This document shows, piece after piece, positions 40,187-52,432 of a DNA stretch of 64,000 bases. This DNA comes from Balanoglossus misakiensis. Its lineage: Eukaryota > Animalia > Hemichordata. Below the pieces are notes generated by a model. It was not told the DNA's origin and searched no databases. It saw only the letters and a program-made list of their open reading frames with translations. Numbering within the stretch: position 1 is the stretch's first letter; every line of letters begins with the position of its first letter. The stretch spans positions 208,208-272,207 of the forward strand of contig CM082594.2 of NCBI GenBank assembly GCA_040954595.2, in the 5' to 3' direction. Both the position numbers and the translations under genes were made by a program.

Positions 40187-42654
40187 GACAGTATTCTGTT
40201 AGAATAGAAAAGAAAGAATAAGCTCACTGAAATATCGGAAGATAATATTGTATATGCATGCACCTTACCTAAATAAATAGTTTTCAAAACTTAAGGCCTT
40301 ATGGATACTAGGAAAAATGTTTTTGATCTGGTAGCAGAATTGCAGGCCAACAATGATATTGCGCCTTGGTAAAAAAAAGCTCGGAATATTGATTGATTTT
40401 AATTAACAGAAATTTTGATAATGCATGAAGTTGTGATCAAATAACTCAATAACCACAGGCTTTGTTGTTGCAGTCCCACATAAATCATTATAATAGCCTA
40501 TGAAATAACAAAACAAGCTCCACTGTACATTAAAAACTAATCTGTCTTTTCACAGCTTTAAATTGTTAGAATCATCAAACATCTCAAGTCCATGAACAGA
40601 CACAGTTGAGCCACTGTCTATCTTAGAACTCAAGGCTAAGTTCATGGATGACCCAAATCAAATGTGACCTGGCACCCAAAGGTCATCACTCAAAAAAAAT
40701 GTACAAATTGTCTTTCTGGCATTGATATACAAAAAAATCACCATGCAAAATATTGACTTCAAACAGATTAATTGTCCGTTCGTGACATGTTTTTTTCGAT
40801 GACTATACACAATCCCCGATCGGTGATAAGTACGCAAAAATGACCGGATACACAACAGCTGGAGTTGCTGTACCAAGTTTCTTTCTAAACAAAGAGCAGT
40901 GTATTCAATAGGGAATTACGGGAAGAAAGATGGCGCCCGCTGACGCGACAACACCATATTTCCCGTCCGATAAAACCATTTCTGGGCAAGCTAGGCACAC
41001 GAAACATTCATGTTGCAAATCCCAACATCCTAAAGGACGACTACATATATACAACTTTCTGTTTTTTGTTACGAATTTATCTCAAAAGGGGGAAACGTAA
41101 CACTAATGACGCACTCACCCTACCCGACAAACGTACGAGGCCTCACGAGGTAATTCTACATAAAAACGCACGAATTTAAAAACACAAGTCGTATTTTTTA
41201 TATTATTACAATATGTACACCATAACGACAAACAAAGATAGCCACAAACCCGAAATTATGAAGAAATCTGACTACGTAATCGCACTTTTCTGCACCTCAG
41301 CAAAGACAAACTGGTCGGAAATAGGCGTCCCAAACAAATATTTCCCCCCATAAAAACGACGTTTCTGTCACATTTAGCCACAAACAAAATCCCCATTGCA
41401 AATGCTGACATTCTAAAGATTGATCACAAAAAAACGATTTTCTGTTTCATGTCATAAATTTGTCGTAAAAGGGGTAAACTCACACCATAGCCACTGTCTA
41501 TGCTCACATATCGCTACATATGTGGACACGAGTAGTCAAACATGACGACCAGCGATTGTATTTTACATCGAAGGTAACTATCTACACAAAAAAAACTAAA
41601 CACACTTACCTACTAGATGTATAACTGGTCGAACAACAGGCACGGGGTAAAGGAACCAGGGGAAAAACGAAAAACAATGGCAAAAAGGGAACACGCGTAG
41701 TAGATGCGGTACGGTCAAATCCAAGATGGCGACTGACTGTTTACACGGTGTTGCAACATGGGTATTACCGGGCCGTTACCCAACAGACGTTGCTCCCGGA
41801 TTATCGCCGTTTTCCTTTGTTGTCTGCGGCAGTAGCACGTCCGTCTTTTCTCCACTGTCTATGCTACAACTTATATTAGGCTGGTATCAAGTTGTTCACA
41901 CCTCCATAGATCATGTGGCAGTGACTGTGAGGCAAGGGCTTCCCTTCATGAAATCAAAGACCTGTGTACTGGAGGAGGGTTCCTTGCAAATGCTTGACTT
42001 GACTTCAAGCATACCTGTAGACTCATATGCAAATTTACACTATCTGGCCTGGAGTGAGAATTTCCATAGTGGATGTGCGTTGACAAAAGGCTGTAAAATT
42101 GGCCAGTCGCGCATAATGTTTCTTGAACTAAGACAATCAAGACATTATGCGCTACGAAAGTGATTTTGATTGGGAAGAGTGTAATCTTGCATTCGATGTC
42201 AAGAACGCTCCAAGCTCTGCTGTGGTGATGGCTACACCTATGCTCAGGAAACATGCAGTATTTGAATGCATCAGAGACAAAAGGTAAAAGAGACTGCGCT
42301 GTATACTTACATATCTCACACCTATCACCTTTGTAGCAACCAGTACATATGCAGGTGAGATCAAAGCAGGAATTTCGAGCCGGTTGACAGAAGCCACCAT
42401 TCTGGCACGGATTTGGTGGACACTGGTTGAGTCCTACAAGGAAAAGGGTCAAATTTTCCATGATCATCAATGTCATGTGATTATGAATGTATGTAAGTGG
42501 CTGAAAAAAAATCCCAGGGGTGAGTTTCCTACAAAAATTGTGATGTGACAAACCGACAAATTAGCATATTAGCATAATCAGAATAAATAAAAAACAGGTA
42601 GTTTAAAAGAACAAACACTTTGGAAAAGGAATAGAGCTAAGCTGCTGTCCGTTT

Positions 42655-43115
42655 CTAATTGTTACTCGTTCAAAAATCACCTGTCACATCACTCCAATTT
42701 TGTATCAGTTGCACTGGCTACCTGTTACACAGCGTATTGTTTTTAAGATGTTAGTTCTCATTTTTAAATCCATTCATAAACTTGGTCCAATCTATCTTTC
42801 TAGCATGACTAATCTATATGTTCCGTGTGGCAATTTGAGGTCAGCTGATCAGTTCAAACTCTGCCCTGTTCGATCACGCACCAAGAGTTATGGTGATCGT
42901 GCTTTTACTGTTGCTGCTCCAATTCTTTGGGATAATCTTCCACTCACCATTCACCAGGCACCAGACTTATCTGTTTTTAAAACAAATGTTAAAACTTTAC
43001 TTTTTAAATCTGTTTTTTAGCCAATTGTTGTATTGTACTTTTGCTTTAAGCGTCATTGATCACATTTTTTGTGGATACTGACGCTATACAAATAAATTAT
43101 TATTATTATTATTAT
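42655..43115 (+). mobile_element. 5'-truncated LINE (L2/CR1-group) 3' fragment, copy B
   Basis: ORF 42700-43020 reads LHWLPVTQRIVFK...YGDRAFTVAAPILW and is followed by a (TTA)n tail. Duplicate of 8100-8560. Confidence 0.85.
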
Positions 43116-44910
43116 TTCTATTTTTGTGTTTGTACAACATCAGTGAAGTTTAAATCATAATAAAAAAAATGATAATTATCATTATTAACTGCTATAGATT
43201 CAAACTTACTTGTCTCACACCTGTTTCCCTAGTAACACTCTGTGCACATGCCAATGGTGGCAGTACAAGAATTTGCCTGTTGTTGGCAGGTACCTCCATT
43301 GAGACAAGGACTAGTGAAGCATGGATTAGGAACTGGAAGACAGGAATTCAAAATTTTATACAACAGTTACCTATGGTAACACCAGTACACGTTCATTATT
43401 TCTCTGTTATGTTTTTATACTGGTGATTTTACTGTTTTTATTACCGATCATATGACTGACTTAAAGATGATGATGATGATGATAATGACTACACCTGCTA
43501 TTATTACTACAATGTACCTCAGCACTTAGATTTTTTAATAAATGACAAAGTACTGTACTCACGTGTTTCACATGTGAAGCCCAGGTAGCAGCCAGCACAT
43601 AGACATGTGACGCCTGTACAAGATCCCTGGATTGCTTGGCAAGTACCAGCATTCCGGCATGGGTTAAGGTTTGTGTTCGCACGGATTCATTGCTGCAAAT
43701 GTACACAATATTTACAAAATAAAACAGTATACAACTGTAAGTATTTATAATCATCAATTGTGAATATCACACCAATCAATGCCTTTTAATGCACCCTGAT
43801 TGCTGAGAGCTGAAATACGTGAACCAACGTGTATTTGTTTTCACTACTATATTACATGACATTCTGCATTTCTTTTCCATAGTTGGAGTCTGCACCCAAC
43901 ATTGTATTCCGGGGTAGCACTACCCGGAACCCGAAACTTTTTCGTCATCATCCGAGTACTTTTCCCAGCATGCAGTTGCCAAGAAGGCTGCACAGGGAGT
44001 TTTTAATTTTGCACTGGTATACAATTTTTTTATTCGTCAATTTCACAGACACGTGCATTGCACATCAAAATTTTGCGTCAGAAGTGAGGACAACTTAACT
44101 AGGTACCAATGCAATGTGGTTTTAGGCGGATTTGAACTTTTCCTTTAATGTAACAGCTGTATTGACATGCGATTATCATACTGAACATGAAGCAATCTCA
44201 AAATTGCTAAAAATAAAATAATTCAGAACATTTAGATTCTACAATGGTGAAAAAATATGACAAACCTTCCAAAATTCTTATTTTTGAGGCCATTTTACAA
44301 AAATCTACGAGCCTGGCAAAATCTGAAAGAGGTGCTAGATAAAGGGCGCTTTTTCAAAACTCTAGATGGTTGACCCCCAATTTTTATTCCATAGATTAAA
44401 TGTTTAGAAGTCATAGTATCATCAGTATTAATTTTAACATGATCAGACGACCCTTTATTTCAAGGTGCGCAACACCTTAAATATGTTTTTACGACTAAGA
44501 CGACTACAAACCTGGTAGAAGGGGAGTACATGTTGTTGATGGTCCCAGAGAGTAGGTTCTTGATGTGCAGGCAAGTGGGTGATGTTGCTGCACACTGACA
44601 GCCTGGATCGCAAGGGGTACAGGATACTTCTGTGGCTGTGTCAGCATAATAACTTGATGGACAAGGAATGGGGCTGTCTGACCCATCTGGACAGTAGTTA
44701 CCTACGCCGCAATCAGCACATGTCATGTCTGTAGAATAACAACAGCTTGTGTAGTGAGTGTTTTGCCAATATGACAGAGTTCAAGTATGCTTATTTGGTT
44801 AAATTTTAAAAGGAATATCACCCACTGTTTTAGAGTTAATATTGCGAAAGGGACTTCATAAGTTGTCTGAAAACACCAGTTTCCCCAATTTTCACTAATG
44901 TATAGGAATA

Positions 44911-45555
44911 CATGAGAAGTCGGCCAGTACGCGCGTATGAGAAGTCGGCCAGTACGAGAAGTCGGCCAGTTGTTGAACTTGTACCCGAATAGTGCAGTGA
45001 TGACCCAGATTACTTATAACAACACTTAATAAAATATAATTGCACTAAATATTTTCATTTGGACGGATTTCCCAAATTCTTGACAACACAATGGCGTCAT
45101 TTCAAATAATGGCGTCTGGCATCCGTACCAGTTCCCCAGCCCCGTATCCGCGTAAGGAGCTTAGGTTGTTCGCCAAATTCCTGTGACATTTCTGATTAAA
45201 GGGAGTTGTTTCAAAGCCTACTAAAATACATAGAAGATGTATGTGTATATTCATACTTTCTGAGACAACACCAAACAAACAAACAAACAAACGTGACAAG
45301 GAACAGACTACTGGCGCAGCTCAAGAAGTGCAGGTGACTGATGTTGACGTACCCCGGTGACGTACATGAAAAGTGAACAGACAGTTTTAAAATTCATCGG
45401 CTATTTGTACAAATATCTCAGCTCCTGTACATCAAGGAAACATTTCGTAGTGAAACAGTTATACATAACACAAAGTACCAGGGTTCTCTCCCACAGGCCG
45501 ACTTCTCGTACTGGCCGATACCGACTTCTCATACTGGTCGACTTCTCAGGACACC
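44911..45555. mobile_element. MITE with subterminal AGAAGTCGGCCAG repeats, copy B
   Basis: Duplicate of 14848-15498 with three left-hand units. Confidence 0.7.
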
Positions 45556-47465
45556 ATGTATAGCATAGCTGTTGAACTCAAAAAATATGTAAAACTACAA
45601 GTGATGTAAACAACTTGTGGAACCATGTTCAAATCGAGACCAGAAGAAAAGAGATTTCAAGACTTACCTCCTTCAACACTTTACTGCCCTGTAGCGCACT
45701 GTGTGACACTTGTAGTTGTGCATTCATAACCAGAAGGACGTGGCCGAACCTAGCGAGTATGAACCTATCACAGAAAAAATTCAAAGAACGATTGGTTTGG
45801 TCCAACGATCCCTTATTAGAGAGATGTCATTAATCACAGGTGTTACTGTACAATACCTCTTCAGTGGAATCATTGTGTTTTTCAAAGTGCATCACAATAT
45901 CAACTCCAATGAGCATAACAGTTTAATTTTCTGTGTATGTCATGCTATAACACAGGGAAGTCACAAGAGTAATTTGCAGCCCAACTTACCAGTAACTGTT
46001 GAACAATCAACTACGGGTGACATGGTTGGACACTTGGATCCTGCTGGACAAGGCGTGCATGTGCCGTCGCCTTCCATAGCATATTCACCATTGCCACAGT
46101 CAAGCGGATCTTACATTGGATCTGAACACGATTGTCCAGCAGGGCACAGAAGACAGGATGTGCGTGCAGGCTCCTCACTTATTTCATCTGATTAAAGAAA
46201 ATGAGGTTTTTAGTGAAGTATTTGTGATACAGTGTCATTTAAAATAACAAATTACTTGAGATGATTCACTTCATAATTCTGAGACAAGTATACGGGCATG
46301 TAGAAAATTCTTAGGAGGACATTAAACGTCATTTCTAATCAACCATTTTCTGAATATCATAAGACTCTGCGAGATCTCACATGGCTAACCGGGTCTCGCA
46401 AGATTTCGCACTGAGTTGATAATCTGTTGTAAACACATACCACATACATACACACACACACATAACCCCAGTCACACTGACTTGAAAATCTGTTGTAAAC
46501 ACATACATGCATACACACATACCACTCAGTTTCATCACACAGCAAACTGAACAAGTACCACAATTTTACCATTTGTACATCTGGTACAGTTTGTTGCACC
46601 AGCCAATGACACGTAACCCTTGGTACACTTGAATTGCGATGCACTGGGATCTGTGCAGGCGTACCCTTGCTCACAAATAGTACACTGTTCAGCACCGGCT
46701 GATCTGTAAATCAAACAAAGAATTTACACCAAGTTAACCTTTGAATACCACTGTAAAAAATTGGCGCAAATTTTAATTATTTTCATAAATAGAGGTCTAT
46801 TCAAATTTGGAAAAATTGTCATTTTTTCATTCATATATTATATCAGTAAATTTTAAATACAGAAATGGAAAATGTTCCCATCCTATTTTTCAGTTAGTAA
46901 ATTACCTGACCTAATGTTTGATGTTGGAAATAAAGGTTGGTGGGTAGAAATTTACCTGTTATGCAAAAGGTACAGCGAGACATCCTTTGTCCAAGGCCGA
47001 ACTGTAATAACCAGCCAAGCATAAAATCACAGTGTTACCATTTGGACATTGGTTACCAGCTGGGCAATCAGCACATGATGTTTGTGCTGAAAATAAACAG
47101 AGATTTATAAAATCTTATTGTCACAGTCATACTTTCAAAGACGTGGGATTCTCACGCGGGTTGGGGACACAAAAATCCCTGGCAAAAGATTGAGGACAGG
47201 AAAATGCCAAACCAGAGATATTGGTAACAGAAACTGTATACAGTCAATGCCATATGGCAGTGTGCTGTTCTAACAACAGACAAGAATGTGACGATCATAG
47301 TCTGTGTCGGAGATTTGGAAAAGAGCAAATTCGGTGAAAAGACGGGACAAAACAAAAGTCTACTTATACGATGCACATGAAAACTGGATGAAAGCGAAGC
47401 AGTCCACTATTTGAATGCATTGGATGTAAAATTGGCAGAATATTTGGACTGGACGTAATGTTTGT

Positions 47466-48776
47466 ATGGGGTGCCATGTGTTAACTTATTATTTAGCTAA
47501 ATTATTTGTTCAAAAGTCGTTATTTAACATCCTTATATGTATGTAATTATAGATTTGCAAACCATTTAAGTCCTGACAATTTATTTATAAATAATTTCAA
47601 GTCGATTCAATTATATACATAAAATGTATTTTATGCTCTTTTATTTATATATAATAAATTATTTATAAACAATGTCAGTGTCAGTCTATTATATATATAT
47701 CATGAGTGATGTACATAATTATTTATATTTAATTAATTATTTATAAACAAAAAAATTTAAGTGTATTATAAAAAGCTGATCGATAGCTCTACATTGTGGT
47801 CTCCGAGGTCAAAGGTTGGCCGGTCATGACAATGCCATTATTAAAATAGGGGCCAGTCTTCAAGACGTGACTCTACCAGCCTCCAGACCAGGAACTGGCG
47901 ACCCGCCGTTTGTTTCCAACGCCAAATTTGATTCTAATGTTGAATTTACGAGAAAACAATTTATCTGACCTGTAGTTTTTTGGCTCACTTACGTTTTGAT
48001 GACTGGCCCCTATTTTAATAATGGTACCGCCATGACCGGCCAACCTTTGACCTCAGAGACCACAATGTAGAGCTATCGATCAGCTTTTTGCGTTTCAATC
48101 AAACATTGCAATCACGGGCTAAAATCACTAACTAGTTGATACCTTTTTCGGTGTTTCATCTAACCTTTGAAAGGAGTATAATAAAAATGAAATGACCACA
48201 CGTAATGTGCATTTCTTGTTCACGTGTGGGGACTATATGTGTGCGTAATGATCCAAATGCAAGGGGTTGTGTGAACAGGCCTTAAATAATGAGTTTGCGT
48301 TAAATAATGAGTTTGCGTTAAATAATAAGTTGACAAACGGCGCGAGTGCATTTTTTCATGGTTTAGAAATCACTTATTTATATATAATTCATTATATAAT
48401 GTAAATCACTCATGATATATATATAATAGACTTGCACTTAAATTATTTATAAATCACTCATGATATATATATAATACACTTAAATTTTTTTTATTTATAA
48501 ATTATTAATTATATATAAATAATTATGTACATCACTCATGATATATATATAATAGACTGACACTGACATTGTTTATAAATAATTTATTATATATAAATAA
48601 AAGAGCATAAAAATACATTTTATGTATATAATTGAATCGACTTGAAATTATTTATAAATAAATTGTCAGGACTTAAATGGTTTGCAAATCTATAATTACA
48701 TACATATAAGTATGTTAAATAACGACTTTTGAACAAATAATTTAGCTAAATAATAAGTTAACACATGGCACCCCAT
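47466..48776. mobile_element. 1.3-kb AT-rich foldback element with ~300-bp TIRs and an 8-9-bp TSD; copy B only
   Basis: Ends atggggtgccatgtgttaac... and ...gttaacacatggcaccccat. ATGTTTGT at 47458-47465 and 48777-48784. Empty site at ~17299-17306. Confidence 0.92.
47771..48089. repeat. Nested ~88-bp inverted repeat inside the foldback element
   Basis: aaaagctgatcgatagctctacattgtggtctc...ggggccagtc (47771-47858) vs gactggcccc...gagctatcgatcagctttt (48001-48088). Confidence 0.85.
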
Positions 48777-49174
48777 ATGTTTGTACGCACAGAATTACGC
48801 ACATGCACATAAGATGATCGTCTGCCTTAAGTGAAAGATTACACAGTAATGCCCAAACTTTAAGTGCTGACTCACCCTCTATATTAGTGTAGTATCCATC
48901 TTCACAGACCTCTGGCTCCGACATACCATCATATTGGCACTTATACCCAGGGCAGGACAAGGCGTACAGTCTATACTTCCATTGTTGGCAAAATATCCCT
49001 GTCCGCATTGTGTTGGTGATGAGAGGCTGGCTGTTCCACACATGAAACCCTTGGACACAGCGTGCATGCTTCAGAACATGCTGAACTGTAACTTCCAACT
49101 GCGCAGTCCTGTAGGAGTGAAGACGTTAAATATTAGGGAGGTTTAGGAGCCCTCTAGCCAGCAAACTTCATCAA

Positions 49175-50387
49175 GGATGTACGCGCAGAACATAAACTGG
49201 AAACACTGTGCGCCCGGTCTTTTTCCCATAGGATTACATTGATTATCACATACATAGCTCCGCATATACCATAGTATGACGTCAGACGTAGGTAAATTTG
49301 CACCAAGCGTTATTGTAATACCCATCCCTCTGACGTCACCAAACGGAACTATTTTAAACTTGTAAACAAAGTCCTCTTAGGGCGACAAAATTCAGTGCAA
49401 TTGTTGGTTTTATTTCGATTTTAAAAATAATCAAAGATAAATAAAATGTTTCGTATGTGTAAATATGGACGATCGACGATTAGTTTTACCTGTGTACATT
49501 TTTATCGCACCAACCGGCACCAAAACTATCGCAAGGTCGTCAGTGCTGAGCCAATGTCGTCGCGTTGTCGAACGAGCAACAGGTACAAAACTGAGTATTC
49601 GCAAAAATTTTGATGCGACGATTAGAGCAAAACGGTCTAGTCATGAAGCAAAAGGCATAAGAAAGGTTTCCTGCTCCAGTGAAACCTTGACGGACGATGA
49701 AATCCTGCTGACGCACGACAGACGGGTCCTCGCCAAAACCAGAATCGTCCAGGTCGTGACCTGAGTCACCTGACAGATAGACCGCATAACATCGATCTTC
49801 AATTTTGCACAAAATAGTTACAAATTTTATCGCAACCACAAAGAGATTTATTTGAAAATCAAAATTAGCGGATCTATGTATGTGATAAACATATAATTCC
49901 CCCGTATTCCTCACTCGTGTACCTGCGTCGCGAACTCTCGATTCCCAGTATAGAATGGCTCGGAGGGATACGGCCGCTATACGGGGAATCACTCGTCCGC
50001 GACGCAGGCACACTCGTTCAAATACGGGGGAATTATACATAATAATCGCCAGAAAACAAACTTCTACTATTGTCATTTTAACGAAATTTTACACATAGCT
50101 CAGTCCAGCAAATATAAATTCATTGGTCAAATAAAATATAGGGGTCACCGTGCTCTTTTTTGAGATAAATTGCGTTAAGAATTTTGCCCATAGACAAACC
50201 GCTGGTGAAAAATGCTGAGTCAGCAGATTTCTTCTATTATCGACCAAATTCATGGCTCTGTATTTCAAAAACAAGCCCAGTGACCCCTATATTTAATTAC
50301 AGATTTTTATTATACATACAAAGGAGAATAAAAAAATCCACAATTAAAAAAAATGACAATACTTTCAATTTTACTGAACGTACATCC
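49175..50387. mobile_element. Non-autonomous DNA element with GG...CC ends and TTAA-like flanks (Kolobok-like)
   Basis: Reads tcaa|GGATGTACG ... CGTACATCC|ttaa. The body is CpG-rich and unlike the flanking intron. The TIR is short and the left flank imperfect. Confidence 0.55.
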
Positions 50388-50879
50388 TTAATGTTACTTA
50401 TGTAGTGGAGCACCAAAACCCAAATTTTCATATCGATTGTGTATTTTGTGATAAAAGCACCAAACTTGGCTCAGATGTGTGTTAATGTGTACTGAACAAA
50501 TTCAGATAGCGAGTCACTAAATATCTGTTAAAGAGTTTCCATGGCAACCAATTATTTTCAAAATGGCCGCCAATACAGATAATCACACCTGTTAAACACC
50601 AAAATAAATTCAGATTACAATATTTGAAATAAGAAACTACGAAAAGAATGGTTTGCAATAGAACTATGGTTATTGAACAACAAATGTACTTATAAGGGTA
50701 ACTAAGGGATCAAAACACAGGTGCAACTTTCAATCCCTGGTTCTCGCATTAGTATAGGTGCTCCCCCTAGTCAAACATTATGGCTAGTTGCGATATTTAA
50801 CTTGAAGTACGTAAATTACACACACACGAATCGCAACAGTTAGCGAGTCACTAAATATCTATTGAAGAGTGACTATGCA

Positions 50880-52012
50880 ACTTATTCAAGATCCATCCTA
50901 TCCACAATACGTGTGAACTTCTACTCTCTACATGGAATGTCCGCTCAGCTGGATGCAAATCATTAGACATTGCAGACTACATCACAGATAAAGACATTGA
51001 TATTCTTGTACTCACTGAAACATGGTTGAAGGAATCTGGTGACGAACACGTAATGGCTGAATGCACACCACCAGGCTATGCTGTCAAACATCTACCTGGG
51101 GTTGGCAAGATCGGTGGAGGCTTAGCTTAAATTCATAAGCTAGCACTAAAATTAACAGCTTGGAAGCCTATTCTCTCTGTTAAACCCCGGTGCGGAAAGT
51201 CCTGGGGTTCGGATTAACGTGTGTTTGTATAGTTGTTTATTTGGGAGTGGTCGTCGTGCATAATGACTGTGTAATGGCTCTCATGTACACAGAAAATAAT
51301 TGAACACTTCACACTTCCACGCGATTGACAACTGTTTCAATGGCGTGGTTATTGTTTCCCAGGGACGCTTCTGAAAAGCACTGAAACCAGATTTCTCCCA
51401 AAATCATCGTTGTTTCATAAGCTCGTGTACTTTTTCGTCGATAACTGTATGTTGTGTGTGTTTATAAAGCCAACTACTGTCGTTGTGTGGTGTAATTCTT
51501 TATGCTTGGACCTGTTTGGGCCGATTTTCATAGAGCCAAGATCGTTGGTGTTGTCTGTTGTCAGGCAAACGGCATTAAGATTCGCCACTGATTTGGGGGG
51601 TCTTTTATACGCCGCACCGGGGTTTAAATCTTTTGAGGCAGCGGAAGCAACTATTCTTCACCAGAAACTTTCCATGAAAATAATTCTTGTCTTCCGTCCA
51701 CCACCATCAGTTAAGAATAAGTTCACTGCACCACAGTTCATGGAAGAGTTCAGTACAACACTTGAGAAGTATGTCACCTGCTCAAGTAATCTCTTCATCG
51801 TAGGAGATTTCAATATTCACCTAGAAGATGATAAGAATCCAGTAACACAGAAATTCAATGGAATCATCAGCGCCTGTAATCTGAAACAATGGGTCCAACA
51901 ACCAACACACAGAAAGGGTCATACTCTTGATCTCATTGTATCTAACTCTGCGTCTAACATCAAGAGTGTCTCTGTAGACTGCTTGGAACTCTCTGATCAC
52001 AATCCTGTCAAT
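50880..52012 (+). mobile_element. LINE apurinic-endonuclease domain fragment, interrupted by a MITE
   Basis: WNVRS...DIDILVLTETWL...PPGY...GGGLA, then SFE...FRPP...VGDFNIH...PTHRKGHTLDL...SDH. Confidence 0.88.
51184..51623. mobile_element. 440-bp MITE with 12-bp TIRs and TTAA TSD
   Basis: Reads TTAA|ACCCCGGTGCGG...CCGCACCGGGGT|TTAA. Removal rejoins the LINE frame as ...ILSVKSFEA. Confidence 0.9.
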
Positions 52013-52102
52013 GCAAAACCCTTTCAAAGCCATGGTTCAGTCCAAACGCATTGTTTCCTATGGAATGTACGACCTCTAAAGAGAGAACTTGGGTGAAATG
52101 GG

Positions 52103-52432
52103 ACAAAGTCTCTCTCTTGCTGCCTTTTCCATAAATTATGTTTGATACAAGACACTGTTTATGTTATTCTACATGTGGATATATAGTGAATCAACGTTCA
52201 ACCACACACAACTTCCATCCCACTTGCAGACACTAGAGTGAAAAAGTCACCAAATTGAATAATTGGTGTTTACCGTTTATTCATTTTGGCGAGATTTTTA
52301 CTCTCATATGCTTCAAATGGGATGGAAGGTGTGTGTGGTCGAACGTTGATTCACTATATATCCACATGACATAAACGGTGTCTAGTATCAAACATAGTTA
52401 ATGGATAAAAGGCAGCGAGAGAGAGACTTTGT
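52103..52432. repeat. Diverged inverted repeat (~115-bp arms), probably an old MITE
   Basis: acaaagtctctctc...cttccatccc (52103-52220) vs gggatggaag...gagagagactttgt (52319-52432). A mariner-like ggtttgactgta end follows at ~52468-52479. Confidence 0.75.

Larger units (their letters stand above)
32550..41863. mobile_element. Full-length (9314 bp) two-gene P-superfamily DNA transposon
   Basis: Perfect 33-bp TIRs CATAGACAGTGGAGAAAAGACGGACGTGCTACT (32550-32582, 41831-41863). 7-bp TSD CTACAAC (32543-32549, 41864-41870). Empty site at 7302-7308. Encodes a P-type transposase. Confidence 0.97.
23693..50802 (+). repeat. Segmental duplication, copy B (homologous to 899-18962)
   Basis: See copy A. 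Copy B is longer because of the 9.3-kb P element, the 1.3-kb foldback element and segments deleted from A. Confidence 0.95.

Noticed and set aside
49540-50076. 178-aa ORF inside the Kolobok-like element as a transposase fragment
   Set aside because: No catalytic or zinc-binding motifs. An open frame is expected in GC-richer sequence, and most of it is deleted in copy A.
51410-52096. 228-aa ORF as a novel fusion protein
   Set aside because: It starts inside the TTAA MITE and runs by chance into the LINE endonuclease frame.
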